NCBI GenBank assembly: GCA_013115145.1
Contig: JAAPAO010000318.1
Span: forward strand, 1 to 40,119
DNA length: 40,119 nucleotides
Direction: 5' to 3'
From: Perkinsus chesapeaki ATCC PRA-425
Taxonomy: Eukaryota > Protista > Perkinsozoa
Under the pieces are notes generated by a model. The model was not told the origin of the DNA. It made no database searches and saw only the letters and a list, made by a program, of their open reading frames with translations. The position numbers and the translations under genes were made by a program. This document shows, one piece after another, positions 21,983 through 33,264 of the stretch. Numbering within the stretch: the stretch's first letter is position 1; the number at the start of each line of letters is the position of its first letter.

Positions 21983-23747
21983 CTAAAGTTTAGGGTTACC
22001 GTAAGTAACCTCATATTCTATTTCACATTGACCAAAGGCTATTCTAAAAAGTCCTCCTTCTCCCCATTCTTCATTCCAGCTATTCACTGCCAACCAATAA
22101 CCATCAGTGTCTGCTGTCGTGCCCCAACCGATTAGTTTGACCACATGAACGCCTACGAGTGCCCCTTCTACGTACTTATAAACACCTGACTTGTAGGCAG
22201 CGAAGTCTTCGTAAGCGTCGAAACTCGCCGTGACCTATAGAAGACCAATTATTGGATCGCACAACCTATAACACGACCGAATTTGATCGCATCTACAAGG
22301 CAATGAAGTTGACTGAGGCGGTAAGATCTCCTCTCTGTAAATGCCGACTACGGTTTGCTCACCGATCCATTGACAAATATTTCCCTTTTTATCGCGTTAA
22401 CGTCAGATGGGACGTCGTATTCTCCGGGGGGCTCCGCGAAATGCAAATCCCTGAGAAGATCTGAATGAGAAGTTTCTGAAGTTGGTACTCCGATAACTTC
22501 ACTCCGTATTTCTTATTTGGGCAAACTGAAGAGCAGGCGGGTGTTGGAGGAGGGATCTGAGGAGAGCGAGCATGGGAAGAGCACAGGAGATAGTCATTCC
22601 AAGTTGGAATTTCCAACTACTTCAGAGCAGCGAGGATATTTTGTTCCTCGCCCAACATGACTACACTTGGGAAAGTTGTATGGCCAGCAGCCAATGTCTC
22701 CTGTCATCGATTGAAGTGGTACGTAGTCCCCTCCTGAGGACTTTGGAAGTACATAGAAGCTATAAGTGATGAGTTGACAGGAAGCGAGATACGTTTCCCA
22801 CCAGTTGGTAATCCATACTCTGCCATGAAGCTCCACATTTCTGTAGACGATGTTCCATCCTTGCAGACACTGCCACAAGAAAAGATTTAAACTTGCCTAC
22901 GAATCAAGAGCATTGTCTAAACTCATCGCAGATTCCGTGTTGAAAACAACAGGCAGCAGCATAAGCGGGCGACAGCAGCTTGTTGAACTCTCCATCGGTT
23001 CTTATGCATAAGCGGTCATTGAGAACTCCAACGGTTGACATCGCTCCGAAGCTATTGCAAGCCCCCTGGTCCCTGAGAAGCAAGTCCCTGAACGTGATGA
23101 TTCGCTGCTGGCGAAATTACCCGACATGTCCAATCACTCTGGCACATTTTTTGAATCTTTTGCGCGAATCGAAAGTTGGTGGCAGATCGGCGACCACCGG
23201 TTTCGAAAAGTTTCCTCGAAGTTGTTTTTTGCGCTTCTTGTGAAGCTTGGATCCTCCGTGACGTTTCAGAATATCACCGTAGGACAAACCTAAGGATTCA
23301 AACGGTAGCTTATGCTTCGAAGCATACTGAGGATTATTTTGTACACAAGAGCCAGATAAAAATATGCAATTAGTGGGCTTACCATTGAATTGCAACTGAC
23401 CTTTTGCCGCTATCCAGCTATCCTGCTCCGAGTTAATTCTATCCACATCAGCCTGCATTATAGCCGGTCTGCTGTTAATGAATATTTCTTTCAGTTGCGA
23501 TAAAGACAGATGCTTGGTAAAACCCTCTTCGGTCAGATCGGCCTTGAATCTCCGATAATGCTGCATCTCTTCTTCTGAAGTGTACACCAGGTCTACAAAC
23601 AACTTTTGAGATCGAAGCTCCAATTTGAGAACCAGGCTAACCTGTTTCGGCCTTAAATTTGTGAAACATGGTCTCAGCCGCATCTTGATGGTAGAAAGCA
23701 ATCTCGACCAAACACTGCAGATAAAGTAGGTCGGATATTCCTACCAT
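21983..23747 (-). CDS. Cathepsin B-like papain-family protein, non-peptidase homologue (catalytic Cys replaced by Phe; multi-exon)
   Basis: Propeptide SRPAIMQADVDRINSEQDSWIA; mature LPPTFDSRKRFKKCARVIGHVG|DQGACNSFGAM; GCWPYNFPKCSH; IKREIFVNGS|VTASFDAYEDFAAYKSGVYKY..GVHVVKLIGWG..YWLAVNSWNEEWGEGGLFRI..GNPKL*. All junctions splice in frame. Confidence 0.9.
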
Positions 23748-23846
23748 GGATTCGGAAAAGAAATGACTCTAGCAGTATCACAATTTCGGAAAAGAAATGA
23801 GGTTCGCAATGCGAACCTTATTTCTCTTCATTTTCGATGCCCTTAC

Positions 23847-24468
23847 ATGGGCATCGGTACGGGGTACGGGGTACGGGGTACGGAGTACGGGTCCGTAATT
23901 CGTAATGCGGAATAGCACGAGCTGTACGGAGTACGGAGCGTGATGTTATATAAGCGTTGGAATGTGCTTGAATGAAGTGCCAAATACCCAGAACCAACAT
24001 AGTGTCCTCGCTGGGAATGGTCCATTGTGTTGAGAGTGTTGTTTGCGAATGGTGGATCCTGCACGCATGTGCATTCTTTCCACATTGGTGCGCGTGCAAT
24101 AAGTAATAAAAAATGAAAGTAAATAGTTTGAAAAAATAAAAGTTTAAATAGTCCGGGATATCTCTCTCGTCAATCTCGACCGTTCATTGGCCACCAGAGA
24201 TGAGCTTAATGTTTCATCTCCTGTTGTAGTATATGTCATTATGTGCTCCTCGCCATGGAACTCCGCGCATTGCGCACGCGTGCAGATTCTTAGCTTTGCT
24301 AAGCTGTCCGCTCCGTTCTCTATCTTATCCCTCTCTCTCTGCTATCATGTCGAGTTCACAACCGACAAGACCTCCACATCTCGGTACCCCGTAGCGTACT
24401 CCGTAACACCTCGGTAAACTCGCCGTACACCGTACCGTACTCAACACCGGAAAACGGAAAGTGCCCAT
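23847..24468. repeat. GGTACGG heptamer tandem (23856-23891) with oppositely oriented CCGTAC-rich tract (~24385-24440); possible MITE-like element
   Basis: (GGTACGG)n and TACGGAGTACGG on the left; CCGTAC/TACTCCGTA on the right; 7-bp inverted ends ATGGGCA...TGCCCAT. No clear target-site duplication. Confidence 0.45.
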
Positions 24469-25026
24469 CTATCGTCGACGACGAACTTCGTCGAACTTCG
24501 CATGAACCATGAGGTTGAAGCATGAGGTAGCCACGGGATACGTGAAAGTCCAAAGGTAAGAGTGAGCGAGTGAGGTTATGAACTCTGCTCTACCCGTTCC
24601 GGACTATTGTGGGAACACTATTGTGAGAGTTTAGTGGTATTAAGCAATCCGCAAAGTTGCCCCAATCAAGCACTAAGCGCGAATATCTAAGCTGGCCTGT
24701 CTTATGATACTCTTATTCATTGGTATTCCGTCACAACTGTGACGGTGACGCGACCGTTTAGTAAAGAGTCTACACTGTAGACTCTACAGTGATAGTGCCG
24801 ACGTCTGAATAGCAGGCTAACTCGACCTCCCACAAGATTCGATGATGAGATTCCCTCGAGGGAAGTGCGAAGCCTTGGATTGCATCACTATGGAGATCAG
24901 CAACGACTTTATTAGACTCTGTTAAGTTACATTCTGTATCGCTGATGGTACTTCACCCGAGACTGAATACACACAAGACTTTCTCGTAGAAACGTTAGTC
25001 ATAAGCGCTTGCAAGAAGAACGCAAC

Positions 25027-26973
25027 TCATTGCCGAATCCGCTTATTCGAGCGCCGCTCCCGTCGATCATGCAGCCGGGTTTCAGAATGGGCAGTTGGCG
25101 AACTCCTTGTGTCATCATCGACTTCGGCGGCTGCCAGTACTCTCACGACCATTACTGATGGCGGCTTACCTGAACTCCGATGCTTCTTATCGAGGTAGAG
25201 ATGTTTTTCAACTTATGATTATTCCGCAGAATTGGGAAAAGTTGGATAGATTGTGTCTGTGGTAGGCTTTACGGAGAGTACTAGCTCAAGAAGTTCGCGG
25301 GCCTCATATTGAACTAGCGAGCAATCAGCAATCACTGCTGAATAGCAGTGAAGTAGGGTGCAAGCAGTTACTATTATTACGACTTCGCCAGACTAAAATT
25401 CAACTACCCAGTTGAGATGGATTATCAATTCCTCAAAGAAAGCACAGTTACGTAGCCCCGAGGGTGCGCGAATGACTCCGTGCAAACACATTGAAATCTG
25501 GCAAACATCAGTTTGTATTGTCAAAAGCGTCTGTTCACTCGTGAAGCAGCTTGCACGGGGAAAGCTGTGGTTGTAGTGTACTTTCACAAGTCGGGCATGA
25601 GCCTCACCTGTCTCTTCCGGAATGCTCCATCGGGCTGAGAGCGCCTTTGAATGACCATGTATCCATAAGGTAGTTCGCAAACGCCTTTTCATACCTGAAT
25701 AGGCAGTTCCTAAATACAGCTGGGAGGCATACATGGTGATCGCAGCAAACATAGTAAACCGGGCAATGGCAGGCACGTTGATATCAAATTCATAGAGGGG
25801 TTTGCTATGGCTACTGTATCCACTACGCCTGCTCTATACGGGAGGGTGACCTGAAATCAAGGCTTGTTAGCAAGTCAATCTTCGTAATCTCGCGGTCTAC
25901 TTCGACCTCGGCATCAGCTGCCCAGTCCTTAGCTTTCAACTTCAGTGCAGCGTTTGGTTCATTTGGCTGGCTAATAGATACTGATCCGGTAACAGACGCC
26001 GCACCTCGCGTCAGTTCCCCTTGTGAACCTAGTCGTGCATCGTCATCAATTCATGGTGATATATATGGTACCAAGGTAGGAGCTAACCGTGAGCTCCTGG
26101 CCGATCGCAGCGAGCACCTCTGTAGCAAGTACATCACATTTCGCCGATGGCAGATCTTCGCTTTCGAGTAGCTCGCTTGCATCCAGACGATCAGCTTCCG
26201 ACACAGCAACCTGTCAGGAGGAAGCAACCTATCCAGACTACGTTCAAAGCTACTCCGACTACTGTGTGTATGACGCATTGGCACTCTGCGTCATTGCCAA
26301 GACTTTGGTCTTTAATAACCAGTTTCAGCACGGCATCGTCAGCGTCTTCATCTACATCGTTTGGGTCGGCATCGATTGGCGTTGAATCATAAAGGAGCCG
26401 CACGGAGGTGGGAGCTCGGAACACCTGCAGCAGAGATAGCTTACAGTTACTTTTTCTATGAACTGTCGCACTTGCAGAGCGCTTATTAGAGGTGAAATGT
26501 AAAGGGCAAACTCGGCTGGGAACTCTTCGACCGGCAATTCCTGTAGACGGCCAAGTCTGTAGCTGAACGTGAAGGCCTGAACGAAGCCTCCGATAACCTA
26601 CCCCTACCAAACAGAGCTGAAGCAGGCGAGGGGGGATGCCGAGAGAACTTAGTCACCTGTAGATCGTAAGCTCGGCAAAGTCTAGCCGGAAAGTAACAAC
26701 CAGCAGCAACCGTCTTGGACTGAGACTCTGCAAGTGTGATATCGTTTGTGGTAAAGACAATTCTCTACCGGTGCTCATATAGAGACCAGCTTCCTCATCA
26801 TTATCCGCTCTTATATACACAACTATATTTCCATCTCCTGTTGGGTTATCCTTTCCCGCGACAGCTCTCAGTGATTGTAGCAGCAATAACAAGTTATCAG
26901 TATTTTCCAGTTGAATATTGAGTCTATGATAGCACCCACCAGGTCTGTCCAGACCTGGTGCGTCAGATGCCAT
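25027..26973 (-). CDS. RAD1: Rad1-like subunit of the 9-1-1 checkpoint clamp (multi-exon; 3' end approximate)
   Basis: LENTDNLLLLLQSL (cf. LDNVRNLSTILKAI); GLYMSTG|ESQSKTVAAGCYFPARLCRAYDLQ; AEFALYISPLISALQ|VFRAPTSVRLLY; VLKLVIKD..ECQCVIHT; LATEVLAAIGQEL. These blocks are colinear with the Rad1 PCNA fold. Confidence 0.65.
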
Positions 26974-27104
26974 TGAATCGGCAACTGAGTGCGGCGGCGG
27001 CGGCGCCGTGATTTCGCTCGTTCTCTTTCCACCTTCGTCCACTACTAACAGCTCAACAAACTGTAAATGGAAACCATAAGTCGCAAGCTTCAGCAATTTG
27101 CCAT

Positions 27105-28110
27105 TTATAGGGCTTTCTCGGCTACGTAAAGCTGAACCACTCCTTGGGCGAAATGCTCAACCTCGATGACCTTCAAACCATTAGCGTTCATCAAAGCGCT
27201 GAACTCCTCGGGGGAAGGGAATTCGAAGATCGACTTCTCCAGGTAACGATACCTACACAGTGGAATCTAACACTCAGCATCCATCTACTCGAACGCCTAC
27301 TCGTCCATATTGCCCGATACCGCTCCGCCAAGGATTGGCACAACATATCGGACGAAGTATTTGGCAACTGGCGCAAGGATTGTCCCCTTCGGCGCGGTGA
27401 ACTCCAGTATGCCAACTCGGCTGCTGGGACTCGATACCAAGACTCGGCTCATTTCACGAAGGGCTCTGATGGACAGGAGAGATGGGCACACGCTGGTGGG
27501 AGATGGTTTACTTCGCTCTGTCGGGCACGTTACGAATGCCAAAGGACATGGTGATCTTATCGATCGAAGCATCGGGAACTGTTGTCAGATTCTGAGCATC
27601 GCCAACTTCCAACGCCACACGGTCCTGCAGATTCTCAGATGCGACCTTCTCCTGGCCAATGCCGACCATGCCTGACAGACAATCAACTCCAGTACAGCCG
27701 ACTGGACCAAACTTACCAACGCTGGGGTCTATCCCTCTGACATGAGTCAGATTGCCGACCTTCGCAGCCATTATGGCAACATCACCAGTACCAGTGGCGA
27801 GATCAAGCAGACGATCGGTTTCCTTGAGGTCCAAAGATTCGAGCATGCTCCTACGCCAGCTCTGGTCAAGTCCCAATGACATCGCTCTGACATAGAAAAG
27901 TTGCAAACCCGAATGAGTGGTGGTAGGCTACCTGTTCCCCATATCGTAATACTTGGCGATGCGATCGAACATCTTGCCGGATCCAAAGGGCTCAGCCTGA
28001 TGGTTGGTTCTGTCGAAAGACTTGTCCAGAACAACATTAAGCAGGACCAATGCGAGAGGAACGAGAAGCGCCAGAATCCAGCAGACTCGAAGGCAAGAGA
28101 AGCTTGACAT
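27105..28110 (-). CDS. ubiE: UbiE/MenG-family quinone C-methyltransferase with N-terminal hydrophobic leader (4 exons)
   Basis: FGSGKMFDRIAKYYDMGNR|AMSLGLDQSWRR..LLDLATGTGDVA..GIDPS|..GDAQNL..ITMSFGIRNVPDRAKALREMSRVL..ILEF..|YRYLEKSIFEFP..YVAEKAL*. Confidence 0.9.
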
Positions 28111-28307
28111 TGTACTGGAAGGAGAAACCTAGAGGCGAGCGAAAACAGTAAAAATGTGGTGGTTTATTGGACTCCCAGAAGGGATCAAAAAGCAAGTTGG
28201 TGAAGTCTCTTCCCCAACACAAAGCAGCTCCAATATGAAACTTATATAAAGCTACTCAAACATGCGTTGAAAATGAGTATTAAAAAATCATCCACTCAAC
28301 AACTGGA

Positions 28308-30459
28308 TCATGGGTCCCTCTCATAGAGGTTTAAGTTATACCTGAAAGATCTGCCCATAATGCACCCTCATCTCGACGCTTACGCTGTCGGGTGCCTCTC
28401 TATATGAGCTCGCAGTTCATCGTATCTGATCAAGACACTTCTGGCCCATAAGGGCCGAGTTTGTGGAAAAACTCAGAGGAAAATTCCGGAAATTCCCAAA
28501 ATTTAGCGCCTTTCCTTTGGCCAAGGTGACATAGGCGGTTGAATATCACACCTGTGAATGTATTCTACCAAGGACGGGATATGTTCCTAATGCAGAGTAG
28601 GAGTATTGAGGGATAAGATATCTTCCTGAAAGGAAGAATCGACAACAATTCTGCTGGTAACGTTGTTCTCCCGGCATGATGATGAATTTAACGACAACCG
28701 CCCACCGCCCACCGCCGCCGGCGCCGCCGTCCTACTGTTCCTGCAAGTGCCATGGAATCTCATCATAGACATCATTGAACATATCGATTATGGGGGCACG
28801 CTTTTGCTTAGCAGAGATCTGCATGCAAGGACAATCCAGTAGACCATTCATTACAACTCCTTACCTTCAAACATTCCAGAACTTCAGTACGATACTTTTT
28901 ACCAAGTTTGACGCAGTCCTCCTCAGTAGTGAGACCGAGTTTGATGAGGAGATTCCGGAACCTACCACCATTGCCACCCGCGTCACGTCACGTCACAACG
29001 CACCGGCTTATCGGATCCGTGCCATCCGACACCCAGCTCTTAACCTCGGCATCGGGGCGGTATCTAAGCCGTCCAATTCGAAGCCCCGAGGGACACCCTA
29101 CCGAGAGGCATCATCTGAAGTGGAATGGTGCCCTCGACGATACGTCATCAACTCCAATAAAATAGGTCCTTCTCCACCTGACCGAGGGCTAGACCGTTTG
29201 CCTTGGACACCTCACCAACGGTCATCTCCCGGGCCTTTCTGACAGCCTCGTAAACAGCAATAACATCATTACCATCGACCCGTAGACTCGGCACACCATA
29301 AGCCACACCGCGGATGGCGATACCGTCCCCGGCGTACTGCTCGGAGACCGGGGTGCCTGCGAGATGGGGAGTTTGATACCCTACGGGGACTGATGGGCCC
29401 ACTTATAGCATAGCCGTTATTTCGACATATGAAAATGGTTTGAGTCTTCATCACACTGGCAAAGTTGAGAGCTGTCGCAAAGTCGCCCTCGGATGCGGCT
29501 CCATCACCAAAGAAGGTTACCGCGCAGCGATCGGCCTCACTGAGATCACCGACTGAGAGCCTTCTTGACTTGATGACCCTACTCCAGTTTGAAACTATAT
29601 CCTGCTCCAGCGGCGTGGGGGATATTAGTCCCCAAAGGAGAGGAGATCGCCTGGATGTTACCCTACAACGGACAAGGTAGGATAATCGACGATGACCTTC
29701 GACCACCACCTCAGGAAAGCAATAATGAACAGGCATCTGACGGCCCTTGCCCTGATCGAACTGCGTGCTCATGCATTGATCTGTTACCTGCCATACCAGC
29801 TATCTGCCATCAGTGTAAAGGGGGGCACCTGTTGTGTGGTAAATCCGCGGTACAGGAAGACTCCAAGCTCTCTATACTGGGGCCATATCATATCCTGGAA
29901 TTTCAATGCAGCTGCTACACCTACGAAAGCTCTACGCCGGTCCAGGATGGGCGGCAAAAGGCTACCGAGCTGAGTGGCCTCCTCGCCATGATTGGTCATA
30001 TAAAAGGATATCCTCCCTTGCCGTTGGACATCATACAGCACTTGATCATAGGAATTAACCTAGCGGCTGTCTCATACCGCTCTTTCCTCTAATTCCACCA
30101 CCATCTTACACGCATCATCGTGTCCAGTATCCGCATTGCCTCATCGTTGCTAAACGGCATGCCGTTGTCCCCGAGCAGCTTACTCTGCTCATCCAGCCGA
30201 CGAAAAACAGGGAAAGGCTCAACATGCGCCACGAAATTAGGATCGCTGCTCCACTGTAACATACAACAGCAGCATTCCCTTTACCCCATCTCCAGCCACT
30301 CACCTCAGTGGTCCTAGTGCCGGCAAAAAGTGGCTCGCCTCGACTAACTCTACCAAGTGACTGCGTCATCGCTTCCATACCATCCGATACTGCAGTAGAC
30401 AAAGGCCGAGCCCCAAGGGGCAGGAAGAGACGTCTGCTGACGTACTGTCGGCTAAGCAT
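28308..30459 (-). CDS. BCKDHA: Branched-chain alpha-keto acid dehydrogenase E1 alpha subunit (multi-exon)
   Basis: Presequence [13 protein letters not shown]; [21 protein letters not shown]; [11 protein letters not shown]; [11 protein letters not shown]; TPP motif [19 protein letters not shown]; [10 protein letters not shown]; [17 protein letters not shown]|[14 protein letters not shown]|[10 protein letters not shown]. Confidence 0.93.
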
Positions 30460-30588
30460 ATCAACCTGCGACTTTCCGGGTCAAGCTGTAATCTACAGCA
30501 AAATCTTGCAATCTTGCCCTCACTCGAAGTTTCTCAACGCTTATGCACGCGTTGTTATTTCAACCACTTGTAGTTTTTATACCGGTAC

Positions 30589-31284
30589 ATGGGATTCTGC
30601 CGTGATACATCTTTCCTCTGTTGCCTACCAGCTCGCTGGGGCACCTTCATCACCACCGTCGTTGAGCTAATCCTCTGCGTCGGTCTGGCCATTATTCCCA
30701 ACATTGTTTTCGACTCTGCTTTCGACGTGAAGTGTGACGAGTACGTCCTCAGCGACAAGCAAGTGGCCCAGTTAACGGATGACTTCAGGGAGCAGCTTAA
30801 AAGCAGGATATCTTACTCCACTATAGAGCAAGCACATATAGCTTATTACGTCATGGTAGCCTTCATAGGTTTGGGGGCTCTAATAGGCCTCATTGGTCTG
30901 GCATGCCGCAGCTCCTTTATGGTTAAAACCTATGCTGCCTTCGACGGCCTCAGCATCATCGCCATAATAGCACTCGCCTGTGTTTACATCTACCCTAATA
31001 TATCAGCTGTTGCCACCTCGGCTGACTACATATACTACAAGGATCTTCCAGAGATGACCGGTCGCCCCAGTGAGGATCTCGGCATCTCAGTAAGGACCGT
31101 CTCATGGATAGCTGTCACCATCTTCCTCGTCGTGCTATCCGTTATTCGTATCTGGTTCGTATCAGTTGCATCTGACTCTGCCAAAGAGATCCAAGAGAAC
31201 AACAAGAGCTTCGCTGAGTACAGTCAGCCGTTGCTTGTCGGTGGCGGAGCCCACAATGGTAACGGCAGAGTTGTCGTGGTGTAA
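30589..31284 (+). CDS. Four-transmembrane protein of unknown function (LAPTM/tetraspan-like topology), intronless
   Basis: 231-aa ORF; Cys-rich start FLCCLPARWG, four hydrophobic helices, cytosolic tail ending ..EYSQPLL.. Confidence 0.85.
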   Translation: MGFCRDTSFLCCLPARWGTFITTVVELILCVGLAIIPNIVFDSAFDVKCDEYVLSDKQVAQLTDDFREQLKSRISYSTIEQAHIAYYVMVAFIGLGALIGLIGLACRSSFMVKTYAAFDGLSIIAIIALACVYIYPNISAVATSADYIYYKDLPEMTGRPSEDLGISVRTVSWIAVTIFLVVLSVIRIWFVSVASDSAKEIQENNKSFAEYSQPLLVGGGAHNGNGRVVVV

Positions 31285-33066
31285 TAGCCTTATAATGAGG
31301 AGTATCATTTCAGTTAGTAGTGCGAATCGTTTCTAGAAGGATTCTCGTATTCATTCAGTCTTGTGTTTCAGTAGGGCGGCGATTCATCGCCATCAAACCA
31401 AAAGTTACAGCCTAACACAACCCAGTTGTGACAACTGATACATGCCTCACTTGAATCACCACTGGCTAACGGATCTGCGTGTGTAATTGCCCATATGGTA
31501 TCTCATGGGTCTATCAAAGACGCTTTGTCTCTCTTGCCTGACGTGCGTCGGGCAACGGGAAAAGGAATTCCTCGGGAGGCAGACCAACGATTAGCACTTA
31601 GTTGAAGTACGTTACTTTTCGCAGAGCGATCCGCAATATGGGCTTTGACTTTGGAAACCCGACGACCAGCGCCAATCCTGCATTACGGGGACCCACTATG
31701 CACGATGGGACTCACTGCCGACTGGCAGTTGGTAACAGTCGTCGACTCTTGCGACACGCAACAGCTGAGACAGTACATAAGATACCGAGAAGGTCACCTT
31801 AGCCAAGGGCCATCATTCTGCTGCTCAGTGCTTGGCACTCAATATCGCTTATCAAAGCAACACCTTGTCCTACGATGAAACTAGGCACAATTGCGCTCTT
31901 TTAGCCTTCAACGAACATATCAGGCTGGCATTGTAAGCTTCATCTCTGTATTAGCCACGGATCATTCTTGAAGCTACACTCTCTTGAAGCCCTTGTTCCC
32001 CCAGTTGTGTGAAACTTAAATTGTAGATTTTGCACAACTGTCCTAGTTAAACTCGGCAGCATCGTCCTCCATGATTTTCAAAGGGGCCGCGAGTACGACA
32101 AGCAAAGTGTTCTATAAGATTTGCTCAAACGAGGTTACGTCCTTTGAAGCAATAGCTTTCCTTTCGATGCATCCATACAGTTGCACTCATCTCATTGTGT
32201 CTAGTTAATTGAGTTGACAGCAGAGAGCATGGGATCACGGCCAAGCACGGACGAATGGTTCAGACACAAGCGCCATACTTCCAACTGTGAGTTGGAGGCT
32301 TAATTGGCTCAGTATGTATATCAGGGTTATATGAGACGCACATGCTCGGGGCATGACTCATGCGCCATGAGTAGCCTCTCACTGGGAATGTTGGCACACA
32401 TAAGGATATTATCGGAGCTAAACGTGACGGAGGCAATGTATACAGGAGTGTCATTTGTCGTCGTGCATCGTCTCGGTACCAGTTGGTGAACTGTGAAGGA
32501 GAACACGACAAGGAAGCTTGAGCCAGACCAACCAATGCTACAACCCTGGGACTATATCTATAAGCGCACTACTGCACTTAACTGCCGCACGCATGCACAG
32601 CCTCTCTGCGCCACCAGCCGCTATCGATATTGGGCTCTGAGCTATAAACTTCATAGTAGGAAGGGTATGACGGAGTCTTCGCCGCGAAGGTTTAATCCAT
32701 CACACAACCCCTCAGCATATAGTAATGACCTTCAGAGCATAACAAGTCATGGGGAATTAGTAGTAGCAAGATAGTAACCAATCTGGAATCCAGCTTCTGG
32801 ACCCACAACAACCGGCTGCCACGTTGTACATGCGTGCACAACTTTCTCGGCCCCCTTGTTATCACACAGCGTAGGTCTGCATTGAACTAGAAGCAGCCGC
32901 TTGACGGGAAGCATACGGGATAGGCTCGATCTATCTGATAGAGCGTCGCATGATTAATATAATACACCAGCCATTGGAACTCATCGTCGCATAGTTCACA
33001 GTTCTTACAACCATGTTCGCCATCATCCGCAGCGTATCTCTATTATGTTTGCTCTTTGTTGACTAC

Positions 33067-33264
33067 TCAAAGGCCTCCCCAGTGGTATGCCATTCTGGAG
33101 CTTGCTCGAATGGAGTATGTCAGGTAGATGACTTCAACTCTGTTGGCTATTGTTACAACTCTATGGCTACTAAATGCACCTGTGACTGAAAACCAGCGAC
33201 TCCTCGGTCCATCTTGGTAGAATTGTGTCTCCCCACAATAAGGGTTTTGTATCCCGTGAATCAT
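33067..33264 (-). pseudogene. Remnant of a lineage-specific paralogous family (copy B)
   Basis: Encodes C..WFSVTGAFSSHRVVTIANRVEVIYLTYSI; 33110-33153 is 36/44 nt identical to 36111-36154. Confidence 0.4.

Noticed and set aside
22860-22935. Apparent in-frame stop in the cathepsin B-like gene suggesting a pseudogene
   Set aside because: The stop lies inside a GT..AG intron (GAT GA|gtttag...ggcag|T GTC TGC) whose removal restores the frame.
1-31284. Many 60-150 aa ORFs antisense to or out of frame with the genes called above
   Set aside because: They are shadows of real exons or run through introns and have no independent support.
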